In this document: positions 11,297-21,391 of the stretch, one piece after another
Layout: each line of letters opens with the position of its first letter
How positions within the stretch are numbered: position 1 is the stretch's first letter
Origin: Sphingomonadaceae bacterium
GTDB lineage: Bacteria > Pseudomonadota > Alphaproteobacteria > Sphingomonadales > Sphingomonadaceae
Length of the DNA stretch: 64,000 nucleotides
Assembly (NCBI GenBank): GCA_025056155.1
Contig: JANWWL010000003.1
Span: 2,245 to 66,244, forward strand
Direction of reading: 5' to 3'
Made by a program: the position numbers and the translations under genes
Notes under the pieces: model-generated
The model's input: only the letters and a program-made list of their open reading frames with translations
Told to the model about the DNA's origin: nothing
Databases searched by the model: none

Positions 11297-12115
11297 ATGG
11301 CGAGGATCGCCCACCTCCTCCGGCAATTCCGCCTGGCGTTCCTCGCCAGCTGCCTTGCGGCGGGCGCCCCGGTCATGGCCGGAGCGCCCGCCGATCCCTT
11401 GGCAAGCCCCATCTGGGCCCACCGCCTGGCCGAGGTGCTGGGGCCCAGCGCCGACGTCCGGGTCGACCCGCGCCTGAAGCTCCTGGTGCCGGTCGTGACC
11501 GAGGACCAGCGTTCGTTTCCCGTGCTGGTCGACGGCCGGGCGCTGGCGGCGGTGCAGCGGCTCATCGTCCTCGTCGACCTCAATCCCCTCCCCGTGCCTC
11601 TCGACCTCGACCTGCCGGATGCCGAGCCCTTCGTCGCGCTGCGCATCCGCCTCGACCAGCGCACGCCCGTACGAGCGCTGGCGCAACTGGCCGACGGCAC
11701 GTGGGTCGCCCATGGCGTCTGGGTTGACGCGGCGGGCGGCGGCTGCTCGCTGCCCCCCGTGAGCCGGGCCCGGGCCGACTGGGCCCAGGGCCTGGGACAG
11801 GCCCAGGCCCGCGCCTTCGTCGACTCGGACGGCGGCGTGCGCCTGAGAGCGCGTCTGCGCCACCCCATGGACACGGGCTTCGTCGCGGACGCACCCCTCT
11901 ACCACCTCGACCGCCTGGACGTGCGCGACGCCCAGGGCCGCCCGCTGGCGCGGGCCCGGATCCAGGCGAGCCTCGCCGAGGACCCGGTCCTCACGCTCAA
12001 GCCGCGCGCGCGGCCTGGCGACACGCTGGTGGTCGAGGCCGTCGACACGGGCGGGATCCGCTATGCGGCCAAGGCGGCCGTGCCCGCGGTGGCCCTTCAG
12101 ACGGCCGGCCGATGA
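11297..12115 (+). CDS. quinoprotein dehydrogenase-associated SoxYZ-like carrier protein
   Basis: Signal peptide MARIAHLLRQFRLAFLASCLAAGAPVMA. The SoxY-like half ends in the carrier-cysteine context AAGGGCS. The SoxZ-like half contains RHPMDTGF. The stop overlaps the next start (ATGA at 12112-12115). Confidence 0.7.
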   Translation: MARIAHLLRQFRLAFLASCLAAGAPVMAGAPADPLASPIWAHRLAEVLGPSADVRVDPRLKLLVPVVTEDQRSFPVLVDGRALAAVQRLIVLVDLNPLPVPLDLDLPDAEPFVALRIRLDQRTPVRALAQLADGTWVAHGVWVDAAGGGCSLPPVSRARADWAQGLGQAQARAFVDSDGGVRLRARLRHPMDTGFVADAPLYHLDRLDVRDAQGRPLARARIQASLAEDPVLTLKPRARPGDTLVVEAVDTGGIRYAAKAAVPAVALQTAGR

Positions 12116-13051
12116 AGCTCTCCCGGCGCGGAGTCCTTAAGGGTCTGTCGGCCCTGCCGCTGGCCGGCGCGCCGGCCCGGGCGGCCCCCGCCCCATCCGG
12201 TCGCCCCGAAGGTGTGGGTGATCCGGGGCGCCGATTCCCGGATGAACCGGGCGAACGCCGGCGCGATCGCCAACATCGGCATCCTCGGCACGAGCGCCGG
12301 CGCGGTGGTGATCGACGCGGGCACCTCGCTCGGCCAGGGCCGCGCCATCCGAGCGGCCGCCGAACGGCTCGCGGGCGGACGGATCGCGCGCGTCTACGTG
12401 ACCCACCTGCATCCCGACCACAGCTACGGGATCGCCGCCTTCGATCCGGCGGTGGTCGCCACCACCGCCCCCGTGCTCGTCAGCCTCCGTTCCGGATTGG
12501 CGGCGTACGCCGACGGGCTCTACCGCCTGTTGGGTGCTGCGATGACGGGAACCGAGCCCACGCTGCCCGGCACGGTGGTGGCCGACGGGGTGGAGGACAT
12601 CGGGGGGCGCCGCCTTCGCCTCCTCACCCTCGCCGGGCACTCGGCGGTCGACCTCGTCGTCCTCGACGAGGTCACGGGCACGCTGTTCGCGGGCGACCTC
12701 GTGTTCCACGGGCGCGCCCCCGCCACGCCCGACGCCCAGCTCGACCGCTGGCGCGCGGCGCTCGACCGCCTCCTCACCCTCGGCCATCGTCGGGTCGTCC
12801 CGGGCCACGGTCCCGTGGACCCGACGCCCGACACCGCGATCCGCCAGACGCGGGCCTGGCTCGACTGGCTGGAACGGACCTTTCACGAGGCGGCGGCAAG
12901 GGGCCTGTCGCTGGCCGAAGTGGGCGAGCTGCCCATCCCCGAGCCGTTGGCGACGCTGGCGGAGGCCCGCTACGAACTGCAGCGCAGCGCCGTCCACCTC
13001 TATCCGGGCGTCGAGCAGCGCGCACTGGGGCCGGTGCAGCGCGCGCCCTGA
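12112..13051 (+). pseudogene. MBL-fold zinc metallohydrolase of the 'quinoprotein relay system' type, with Tat signal and catalytic body in different frames
   Basis: The ATG at 12112 encodes a twin-arginine signal, MKLSRRGVLKGLSALPLAGAPARAAPAPS. The MBL body (HLHPDH, ORF 12212-13051) is in the +1 frame. That frame is closed by a TGA at 12113 and has no ATG before 12212. The frames would merge with a 1-nt change inside GGCCCCCGCCCC (about 12184-12195). Confidence 0.6.
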
Positions 13052-13132
13052 GGCCTGCGGTCGCCCGGACCCCGAGACCGCAGCGGACCCGACCTCACGC
13101 GCGGCCACGCGGACCTTGTACCTTTCGGAAGC

Positions 13133-15429
13133 CTAGAACCGAACCCGGGCGCCCAATCGCCACCGCCGGGGGGCGAGCGGACCGGCGAAGCGTGGGTCCG
13201 AGGCGCCCGGGGCTTCGTCGAGCTCCACGTCGCCCACCTCGCCCAGGATCCCGAAGGTCGACGCGCGGGTGTTCGTGAGGTTCCGCACCTCGGCGAACAG
13301 CTCGAACGCCGGATTCACCGTCCACGCGGCCCGCAGGTCGAGGCGCGCGTAGCGCCCGGTCGTCTCCAGCGCCCCGATCTCGTCGCCCTGGTACCGCATG
13401 CCCGACTGGGCGGAGAGGTCGAGACCCAGGCCCACGCCGCCGTGCGTCGCCTCGACGGTCATGACCCCCCGATGCCGGGGCACGTTGGCCAGGCGGTCGC
13501 CGGGGGCCACGGTCACGGAACCATCGGCCTCGGCCGCCGGGTGGTTCGGGCTGGGCAGCGCGAAGCCCGTGCGGAAGGTGGCGTCGGTCAACGCATAGCC
13601 CAGCCGCGCTTGCAGCCAGCGCGCGAGGGAAACCTCGGCCGTCACTTCCGCACCCTGGCGACGGGTGCGGCCCACGTTCTTGAAGTAACCGCGCCCCCGC
13701 ACGCCGGAGGCCACAAGCTGGATGTCGTCCTGGCTCGTCGCCCGGAAGGCCGCGACGGAAAGGCGCCAGCCCGCACGCGCCAGCGCCACCCCCGCCTCGG
13801 CGCTCTCGGTCACCTCCTGTTCGAGCGGCGGGTCGGCGATGAAGAAGTTGGCCAGGCTGCACGGCGCGTCGGGGTCCGCGCAGCCGAGCTCGGCCGGCGC
13901 GGGCACGCGGTTCGTGCGGTGCCAGCCGGCCCGCATCGTCACGCCCTCGGCCACCTCCCAGTCCACCTCCGCTCCGGGATTGAGCCTGCGGAACCGGTGG
14001 CGGCCGTCGAGCGCCTCGCCCCGGCGATCGTCGAGGCGCACCCACGCGTCGTTCCGACGCAGCCCCGCCTCGAGCGACAGCCAGGGCGAGAGCGGCACGC
14101 GAGCGGCCACGAACAGGCCCAGGTAGCGCGCCCGGGCAACGAGCTCGACCGGCGAGATGGGCCCGCCCGGAAGGTCCACGATCGGGCCAAGACCAGTCGC
14201 GGTCTTCGCCCAGCGCTCCCACCTCCGACCGGGCCGAAAAGCGGGTGCGCGAGGCATCGACCGAGAAGCCCGCCACCACCTCGCCAGCGCGGGCCCCGTC
14301 GCCGAGTGCGTGCACCCACTGCACCAACGCCCCGCCGGCGCGGCTTCGCGTGCGCGACCGGTTGACGAGGCCGTAGCCATCCTGGCCGGCCAACGGGGGG
14401 ATGGGCTTGCCCTGAGCGTCCCGCAGGGGAAGCGTCTGGTCCCCCACTTCCAGGCAGAGGCGCCCTGGGGCTTCGGGGCAGGGTTCGATGTCGGCCGCAT
14501 CGCCGTTGAGCGTGCGCTGGCGGAAGAGGAGGCCGTAGACGCTGGCCTCGAGGCGGCCGGCGGCCCCGACGGCCAGCCAGGGGTGAAGCGACCCGCGCGC
14601 CAGGCGGGGTCGCGAGACGTCGGGATGGGTGAAGACGGCCCGGCGATCGACTTCGAGGAGCCCGATCGGGGCCGCACCATTGCCCATGAAGCGGCCCTCG
14701 CCCATCAGGGCCTTGGCGTGAAGGCCAGCCCGGTCGGTGTCGCGGCCGACGTCGAGCAAGCCGAGGTTCGCCGCGACGGCGAGAAGCGTCGCCAACCGTC
14801 CTCGCGGTCGGCCTCGACTGCGGCATCGGCCGACCACGCGCCGTCGCGCACGCCCCACTCGGCCTCGCCGCCCACCTCGCCGAAGCGACCGAACGACAGC
14901 GCCGCCCCGCCGCCCGGCGAATCGCGGCCGGTGCGCGTGGTAACGAGCACGGTCCCCCCTGGGCGTTGAGCCCATGGACGGCCGACGCGTCGCGGATCTC
15001 GACCTGCCGGATGGCCACCCCGGGCAGCAGGCCCAGGTCGACCGTATCGCCGAACGGCAGGTTGAACCGAACGCCGTCGGCATAGACGGCAAGCCCCTGC
15101 GCGGCGCCCTGGAGCGGGGAGACGGCGAAGCCCCGCACCACGAGGTTGGGCTGCCAGGGGTTGGTGGAGGCATCCACTAGGGCGACGGCGGGAACGTCGC
15201 GGGCGAGGGCTCCCAGCAGGTCCGACCGGCCGGCCCGCCGCAGCGCTGCCGCCCCCAAGGCGGCGCGGTCGTCGGCGTCGATCCCGCCCGCCGGCGCCGT
15301 CACGACGATGGCCGGCGGTTCGGTGCCGCCGGCCGGCGCCGCCACGAGGGCGAGGGCGGCCGACGCGGCGACGGCCGTCCACGCCGGAGGTCGGAACGAC
15401 CCTACCAGGCGACCCCTATTCCGGCCCAC
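13133..15429 (-). pseudogene. TonB-dependent receptor broken by three frameshifts
   Basis: The plug domain is in ORF 13939-15429 (NPWQPNLVVRGF...VEIRDASAVHGLNAQGG). The protein continues in ORF 14705-15382 (TVLVTTRTG...), then in the frame of 13095-15173 (LATLLAVAANLG...EDRDW), then in ORF 13133-14680, which ends ...WRLGARVRF. The frame switches fall at the C6 run 14954-14959, at about 14788-14800 and at about 14160-14200. Confidence 0.75.
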
Positions 15430-17495
15430 AGCGTCCGCGGTTGGGCGAGGTCACGGATTCCGGCCGCCGAGACGCCGGAGACCACCTCTTCGTTCAAAAG
15501 GTTCTCGGCCCGCGCCAGCAGGGCGAGCCTGCGGCCCAGGCGCACGCGAGCCGAAGCGTCGAGGGTCGTGGCCGCCGGCAGCCGGCGCTCGCCGAGGTCG
15601 TCGTCGGCCTGGGCCGAGGCGTGGCGCAACGTGAGCGCAAGGTCGCCGAAGGGCTTCGCGACGCCCAGCGTGGCCGACAGCTGGTGGCGCGGCGTCTGGG
15701 CCGGCCGCCGCCCGTCGAGGGGTGCGGCGGGGCCCGACGCCTCGACGCGGGCGTCGACCAGCGCGTAGCTCAGCTCGGCTGAGAGGATACCAAGCCCCAG
15801 CCCGGCGTCGACCTCAACCCCCTGGGAGCGGAGGGCATCGAGGTTCCGCCGCTGCCGGAAGGCGCCGCCGGCCGCCACGAAGCCTACCTGCGGGAACACG
15901 CCCGGCCCTTGCGCCAGCGTGACGTTGGCGATCGCGCCCTCGAGCCGAGCGCCGAAGCCCGCAACCGACAGGCGCATCCGGGGCGCGGGCGTCCAGTCGA
16001 GGCCGGCCTCCCACCCCAGCGCGCGTTCGGGGTCGAGGTCGGGGTTCGAGGCCGTGGCGTCGACGCCGACCCGGAACGGCCGATAGAGTTCGTTGAGCGT
16101 GGGAAGGCGGAAGGTCGTCCCGCCCGCGGCCCGCAGCTGCAGGCCGTCGGCCAGCCGCCAGCGCGCGCCCCCGCGGGCCGAGATCTCGCCCCGGGCCCGG
16201 TCTGGATACTTGAGGTCGCGCAGCAAGGCGCCGGTCGCCAGCGACCGTTCCTCGAGCCTTCCGTCCGACAGGCGCCAGTGGTCGAAGCGCACCCCGGCGG
16301 TGACGAGCAGGGGGCCCCGCTCGAGGTGGCCTTCGGCGAAGGCGCCCACGAGCCGCGACCGCCCGCCCGCCTCGCGCCGCCGGGCGGGGGCACCGCCCAC
16401 GAACTGGAAGAACTCGTTCGTCTCGCCCGAAGCGAAGCGCCAGTCGGCACCCAGCCTCAAGGAGACGCCCGAGCCCAGGGGCGGTCGCAGCTCGATCTTG
16501 CCGCCATGGCCGTCGGCCGGCGTGCGGAACTGGTCGAGCGTGGTGGTGGCGACCGTGCGGGTGGCATCGGCCGAGCGGGCGACGGTCGCGAAGTTGCGCG
16601 ACTGGATGAAGACGAGCGCTTCCACAGACCAGGTGCCGCGATGGACGACGCGAACCGAGCCGTCCTGGCCTTCGGCCAGATTGTCGGCACCAGGTAAGCC
16701 GCGAACCCGCCGGTCGCGGAAGACGAGCGCGCGCGCCTGCACTTCCGTCGCCTGGCCCAACGGGGCGACCAGGCGGCCGCCCAGGCTCCAGGCGTCGTAA
16801 CGGGCGGGGATGTCGATGGAGCCGCGTTGGCGCTCGGGAATCAGCACGAAGCCGTCGCCGCGGTCGAGGCGCAGGTCGAGCGCGGCGAAGCCTCGGCCCA
16901 GCCGGGGGGTGGAGGCCAGCGCCGCTTCCACCGACCCCCGGCTGCCGCCCAGCAGGCGGCCCACGGCAAGGGATCGGTCGTCGGCCGTGGCGCTTTCCAG
17001 CTCCACGCTGCCCGCAACCGCCCCGCTACCGAAGGGCCCGCCACCGGGGCCGCGGTCGATGCGGACGAACGCCAGCCGCTCGGGCGCCAGGGCGGACCAA
17101 GGGATCCAGCCGGCAAACGGGTCGCCCTGAGGCACCCCGTCGAGCAGCACCTGGGCGCGGGCCGAGGCGTTGCCCCCCAGGCCGCGGAAAGTGATCCCTT
17201 GCGTGGAGGGATTGGCCGCGCGGCTGTCCACGCGGCGGAACTGCTGGAAGCCCGCCACGTCGCGCAGCGCGTCCTCGAGCCGGCCCGAGGCTACGCTGGA
17301 AAGCCGCGCGGTCTCGAGCGTACGCGGCCCCGTCGCCTCGAGCCCCGGCGGCGCGGACAGCGGACGGCCCACCACCACGATGGTGGGCGGGCCACCCTGG
17401 TCCTCAGGCTCGCCCGCCCAGCCGGGTGCGCCAAGCGCCCCGAGCGCGACCGACAGGGGTGCCGTGACACGGATGGAGATCATGGCCTTCGACAT
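15402..17495 (-). CDS. TonB-dependent receptor (intact)
   Basis: 697-aa ORF with a signal peptide, a plug (PPTIVVVG, FRGLGGNASARAQVLLDGVP), a beta-barrel and a terminal aromatic residue (...GIGVAW). Confidence 0.85.
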   Translation of the reverse strand: MSKAMISIRVTAPLSVALGALGAPGWAGEPEDQGGPPTIVVVGRPLSAPPGLEATGPRTLETARLSSVASGRLEDALRDVAGFQQFRRVDSRAANPSTQGITFRGLGGNASARAQVLLDGVPQGDPFAGWIPWSALAPERLAFVRIDRGPGGGPFGSGAVAGSVELESATADDRSLAVGRLLGGSRGSVEAALASTPRLGRGFAALDLRLDRGDGFVLIPERQRGSIDIPARYDAWSLGGRLVAPLGQATEVQARALVFRDRRVRGLPGADNLAEGQDGSVRVVHRGTWSVEALVFIQSRNFATVARSADATRTVATTTLDQFRTPADGHGGKIELRPPLGSGVSLRLGADWRFASGETNEFFQFVGGAPARRREAGGRSRLVGAFAEGHLERGPLLVTAGVRFDHWRLSDGRLEERSLATGALLRDLKYPDRARGEISARGGARWRLADGLQLRAAGGTTFRLPTLNELYRPFRVGVDATASNPDLDPERALGWEAGLDWTPAPRMRLSVAGFGARLEGAIANVTLAQGPGVFPQVGFVAAGGAFRQRRNLDALRSQGVEVDAGLGLGILSAELSYALVDARVEASGPAAPLDGRRPAQTPRHQLSATLGVAKPFGDLALTLRHASAQADDDLGERRLPAATTLDASARVRLGRRLALLARAENLLNEEVVSGVSAAGIRDLAQPRTLWAGIGVAW

Positions 17496-17540
17496 CCGGG
17501 GAACGGAGCGGCGCCGGCCCGCGGTGCGGCCAGCGCGCGG

Positions 17541-18902
17541 TCAGAAGAACAGGATGCTGCCGATGGCAAGGGCGTCGCTCTTGGCCTCGTTGCCGCCGTG
17601 CGCCCGGGCGCGGGTGCGCACGTATTCGGCCACCAGGCTCACCCAGCTCGTGAGCCCATAGCGAACCTGGCCCGCCCAGCTGGCGTTGAAGCGCACGAGG
17701 AGCGGATTGACCTCGCCGTCGGCCAGGTCGAGGGACGACCGGCCGTAGCTCGCCCCCAGGAAGAGCTTGCCGAGCGTGTAGAAGCCCTGGAGGTAATAGC
17801 CCGAGCTGTCGCGCCGGTTCCCGGCGGCATCCACGGGAAAGATGAAGAGCCCGGTGGTGCCCACGCCTGAGCCCCGGTAGTAGTAGCCGACTAGCGAGGC
17901 GCCCGCGACGCCGAGGCGCGCCCCCACGTCGAAGGCAGAGCCGCGATAGTCGTCGTCGAGGTTGGGCGCGGAATCCCCATGCTTCTGAGTGATGCCCGAA
18001 AGCCACAGTCGGCCGGACAGGCCCTCGGCCGCGCCGAAATCCCAGGTGATCTTGCCCTGGAGCCCCGGGGAGCCTTTCTGCTCACCCGGCCGGCCCACCG
18101 TGCGCAGCGGCTGGAAGATGCCCACGCTGGCCCGCAGCCCGGCGAACTTGGGCGTGGTGTAGGTGATCTGGGGCTGGAAGTCGGTGTAGATGTAGCCGAG
18201 CCCGATGCGCCCCAGCGTCGTGTTGGACGGCGCGACGTTGCCGGCCGGCGTGCCCACCCCAAGGAGCGTCATGTCGTTGAGGATGGCTTCGGACGCGAAG
18301 AGGCCGATGTCGCGGCCCAGCTTCAGTTCGCCCAGGCCCTGCCGCGCGACGGTGAGGAAGGTCTGCCGCGCGTCGATGCCCGCCGTGCCCAGGGCCTGCG
18401 GATTGCCGGCCGAGTTCGCCCCGCCCACGTAGTCGACGCTGTTGATGCCGGGATAGAAACCCACGTGGGCGCCCACGTCCCAACCGCCCTGCGTGGTGGT
18501 CACGTCGATGCGGAAGAAGCCCGGCAGCAGGCCGTTGCGCACCGCGGCCGTATTCTCGCCCACCGAGGCAAGACCGCCCACGACCGCCGTCCCGGGCCCC
18601 GGTTCCTCGGCGTTGTCGTGGACGAAGAAAGCGTTGACCGAGCCGGACAGCTTCAGCGTGACGTCGCCCACCACGACGCCCACCCCGGATTCCGTCCGGC
18701 GGACCAGGCGGTCGTCGGCCGAAGCCGCGGCGCGCCGGGCCACCTCGGCGTCCACCTCCTTCAGGAGCGCCTGGTACTCCTGCTCGGTGATGATGCCCTT
18801 CGCCTTCAGGACGGACAGCGGCGCCTCGGTCCGGTCGGCCTGAGCCGGCGCGGCCATCAGGGCCGTCGCGAGCGCGGCCAGTCGCATGGCACCATGCGTC
18901 AT
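17541..18902 (-). CDS. outer-membrane porin
   Basis: I place the start at MTHGAMRLAALATALMAAPAQA. The sequence is Gly/Tyr-rich with alternating beta-strand character, and the C-terminus is ...LAIGSILFF. An N-terminal GIITEQEYQALL helix is present. The porin subfamily was not resolved. Confidence 0.55.
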   Translation of the reverse strand: MTHGAMRLAALATALMAAPAQADRTEAPLSVLKAKGIITEQEYQALLKEVDAEVARRAAASADDRLVRRTESGVGVVVGDVTLKLSGSVNAFFVHDNAEEPGPGTAVVGGLASVGENTAAVRNGLLPGFFRIDVTTTQGGWDVGAHVGFYPGINSVDYVGGANSAGNPQALGTAGIDARQTFLTVARQGLGELKLGRDIGLFASEAILNDMTLLGVGTPAGNVAPSNTTLGRIGLGYIYTDFQPQITYTTPKFAGLRASVGIFQPLRTVGRPGEQKGSPGLQGKITWDFGAAEGLSGRLWLSGITQKHGDSAPNLDDDYRGSAFDVGARLGVAGASLVGYYYRGSGVGTTGLFIFPVDAAGNRRDSSGYYLQGFYTLGKLFLGASYGRSSLDLADGEVNPLLVRFNASWAGQVRYGLTSWVSLVAEYVRTRARAHGGNEAKSDALAIGSILFF

Positions 18903-19012
18903 GGCATCCCCCTTTCCTTCCCTGCCGGCCCTCCCCGGCCGGTCCCGTGGTCCGGAGGACGATGCGTGAGGGAGCCAGGGCCCGACCATTGGACCAAGGT
19001 CGGGCGGTGGGG

Positions 19013-19956
19013 TCAGCGGGCGATGGCCACCCCCCAGGGAGACCGGCCGACCTTCACCTGGGCCACCACCTGGGGCGCCGACCGTCCGGCGCGAGGGCCA
19101 GGTGCCACACCCGTCGGCCGACCGGAACGTAGGCCACCACCTCCAGCCGGGCGGTGTCGATCACGGCCACCCGGTCGGCCCGGCCCAGGGCCACCAGCGC
19201 CTCGCGCCCGTCGGGCGTGAAGCGCAGACCCACGGGCAAGGTTTGTCCCGGCTTCGCCCCGGGGGGAGCGAAGGCGATGGTCCGCATCACCTGCCGGGTC
19301 GCGGCGTCGATCACGGTCACGTTGGCGCCAATCTCGCCCGTCACCCACAGTTGCCGACCGTCGGGCGTGAACTCGGCGTGGCGCGGGCGCTCCCCCACCG
19401 GCACCGCCGCCACCTCACGGCCCGAGGCGAGCTCGATCCAATGGGCCTTGTGGTCGGTCTCGCTGGTCGAGATGACGTATCGCCCGTCGGGGCTGGCGGC
19501 CATCCCCTCGGGCTCGACCCCGGTGGGCGCCTGGAACACGATCCGCCCCGTGGCGAGCTCGACGGCCGAGACCTGGTTGTCGCGCTCGTTCGACACGAAG
19601 GCCAGCCGACCGTCGGTGGACAGCGCGATCTGCTCGGGACTCTCGCCCGCCGCCAGCGACCGTTCGACTCGCCCGGTGGCCGGATCCAGCACCTGGATGG
19701 CGTTCTCGTCGCTTGCCACCACCAGGAGCCGGCCCTCGGGCGTCCAGGCGATGCCACGCGGACGCCGGCCGACGGGCCAGGTGGCCACCACCTCCAGGCG
19801 GTCGGGATCGATCACGCTGACCGAGGCGCCCCGCTCGTTGCTGACGTAGACCATCCCCGGGCCCACCGGCACGCCGGCCCCGCTGAGCAGGAGCGCGGCC
19901 AGAACCGGGATCATCCGTGGCGGCATGGGCGGCGCATGGGCGGAGGACGAGAACAC
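19013..19956 (-). pseudogene. PQQ-dependent-catabolism-associated YVTN beta-propeller protein with a disrupted last blade
   Basis: Repeated blades follow the pattern V.VID....VV...VG..P.G.A..PDG. ORF 19054-19956 ends abnormally (...LALAPDGRRPRWWPR). The expected terminal strand, SAPQVVAQVKVGRSPWGVAIAR, is in another frame (ORF 19013-19348). About 15 residues appear to be missing at the junction near 19070-19090. Confidence 0.5.
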
Positions 19957-20061
19957 CCGGCTCTAGCGCCCTCCCGACGCTGCGGCTTCCTACCATGGTG
20001 CGATTGTCCGTCGCAGGGCGGCGGCATGGTGACCTTCGCATCGGGAGGAGGAGAAGGTTCC

Positions 20062-20508
20062 ATGGCACGGTTTCCCGCTACCCGCACTGGCCTTGCGGTG
20101 GGCCTGGCGGTGGGAATCGGATCGCTCTGGCTTGCCGTCGCGCCGGCCGTGGAAGCCCACGGTGACGTGACGCCGCAACCCGTTGACGTGTCGCGCCTTC
20201 CCCCGCTTGGGGCGGAATGGCGAAGGTCGAACCCCTACCGCGGCAACCCGGTGGCGATCGAGATCGGCAAGTCGGCCTACAATCAGAACTGCGCCCGCTG
20301 CCATGGGCTCGAGGCCATCTCGGGCGGGATCGCCCCGGACCTGCGCTACCTGGAGCCGGGCGACGCGGGCGACGAGTGGTACATCGAGCGGTTCCACCAT
20401 GGCTCGGCGCGCGACGGCAAGGTCTACATGCCGGCATTCGGCGAGACCTTGGGCCAGGAGGCCGGCTGGGCCATCTGCGCCTGGCTCGAGACGGTGCCCG
20501 CCGAATGA
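20062..20508 (+). CDS. cytochrome c-550 of the PedF/ExaB type (electron acceptor of a quinoprotein alcohol dehydrogenase)
   Basis: The ATG at 20062 follows GGGAGGAGGAG. There is a signal peptide, a single CARCH heme motif, and the motifs IAPDLRYL and YMPAFG. Length is 148 aa. Confidence 0.75.
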   Translation: MARFPATRTGLAVGLAVGIGSLWLAVAPAVEAHGDVTPQPVDVSRLPPLGAEWRRSNPYRGNPVAIEIGKSAYNQNCARCHGLEAISGGIAPDLRYLEPGDAGDEWYIERFHHGSARDGKVYMPAFGETLGQEAGWAICAWLETVPAE

Positions 20509-21362
20509 CGCTCGCGTCCCGTCGGCACGCGCTGCGCATGGTGGCCGGCGCGGCCCTGGCGTCGGTCGCGGCCGGCCTCGTCCGGAGCGCCTCCCTCGAG
20601 AAGGTGCGGGAAAAAGGCGTGCTGCGGGTGGCGGTCTACGCCGACCTCAGGCTCTTCAGCTGGCGGGAGGGATCGAAGGTTCTGGGCATCGACGCCGACC
20701 TCGGCCGGGCGCTGGCCGAAGCGCTGGGGGTGCGCGTCGACCTGTGGGACTTCGTGGCCGACGAGGAGGTGGGCGACGACCTGCGCAACACCGTGTGGCG
20801 CGGACCGCTGCTCGGCGGCCAGGTGGCCGACGTGATGCTGCACGCGCCGTACGACCTGGCCTTTGCCCGCCGGCACGACCGGGTGGCGATCGTCGCCCCC
20901 TATTGCCGCGAAACCTTCGCGCTGGCCTACGTGCCCGAGGGCGGCGCGCGGTTCGAAGGCCCGCTGCCCGGGCTGGCCGGCCGCCGCGTCGCGGTGGAAC
21001 TGGCGGGGCTGCCCGATCTTTTCCTGTCCGCCCAGTTCGGAGGGGTGCTGCGCGCGCAGCTGGTGCGCGAGCCCACCGGCGATGCCGCCGTGCGCGCGGT
21101 GCTGGCCGGGCGCGCCGACGCGGTGATCGCGACCCGGGCGCAGATCGAGCATGCGGGGCTGGCCCAGGGTCTCAGGCTGCGGCAGGCGCCGTTGCCCGGC
21201 CTCCTGGCGCGCGGGTGGGACGTGGGGCTGGCCGTGCGCGACGACAGTCGCGACCTGGGCGACGCCCTGGAGGAGGCGGTGCGCGAGCTCGCCCAGGACG
21301 GGCGGCTCGACCGGATGTTCGCGGGCTACGGGGTGGCCCGGCAGCCGCCCGCGCTGGCCTGA
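20505..21362 (+). CDS. quinoprotein dehydrogenase-associated periplasmic substrate-binding protein (MxaJ/XoxJ/PedG-like)
   Basis: ATGA overlap with the cytochrome stop. The signal is Tat-like ([12 protein letters not shown]). The sequence follows the family 3 SBP pattern ([14 protein letters not shown]). Confidence 0.7.
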   Translation: MTLASRRHALRMVAGAALASVAAGLVRSASLEKVREKGVLRVAVYADLRLFSWREGSKVLGIDADLGRALAEALGVRVDLWDFVADEEVGDDLRNTVWRGPLLGGQVADVMLHAPYDLAFARRHDRVAIVAPYCRETFALAYVPEGGARFEGPLPGLAGRRVAVELAGLPDLFLSAQFGGVLRAQLVREPTGDAAVRAVLAGRADAVIATRAQIEHAGLAQGLRLRQAPLPGLLARGWDVGLAVRDDSRDLGDALEEAVRELAQDGRLDRMFAGYGVARQPPALA

Positions 21363-21391
21363 CCGGCGCACATGACGAGGGGAGACGGACG

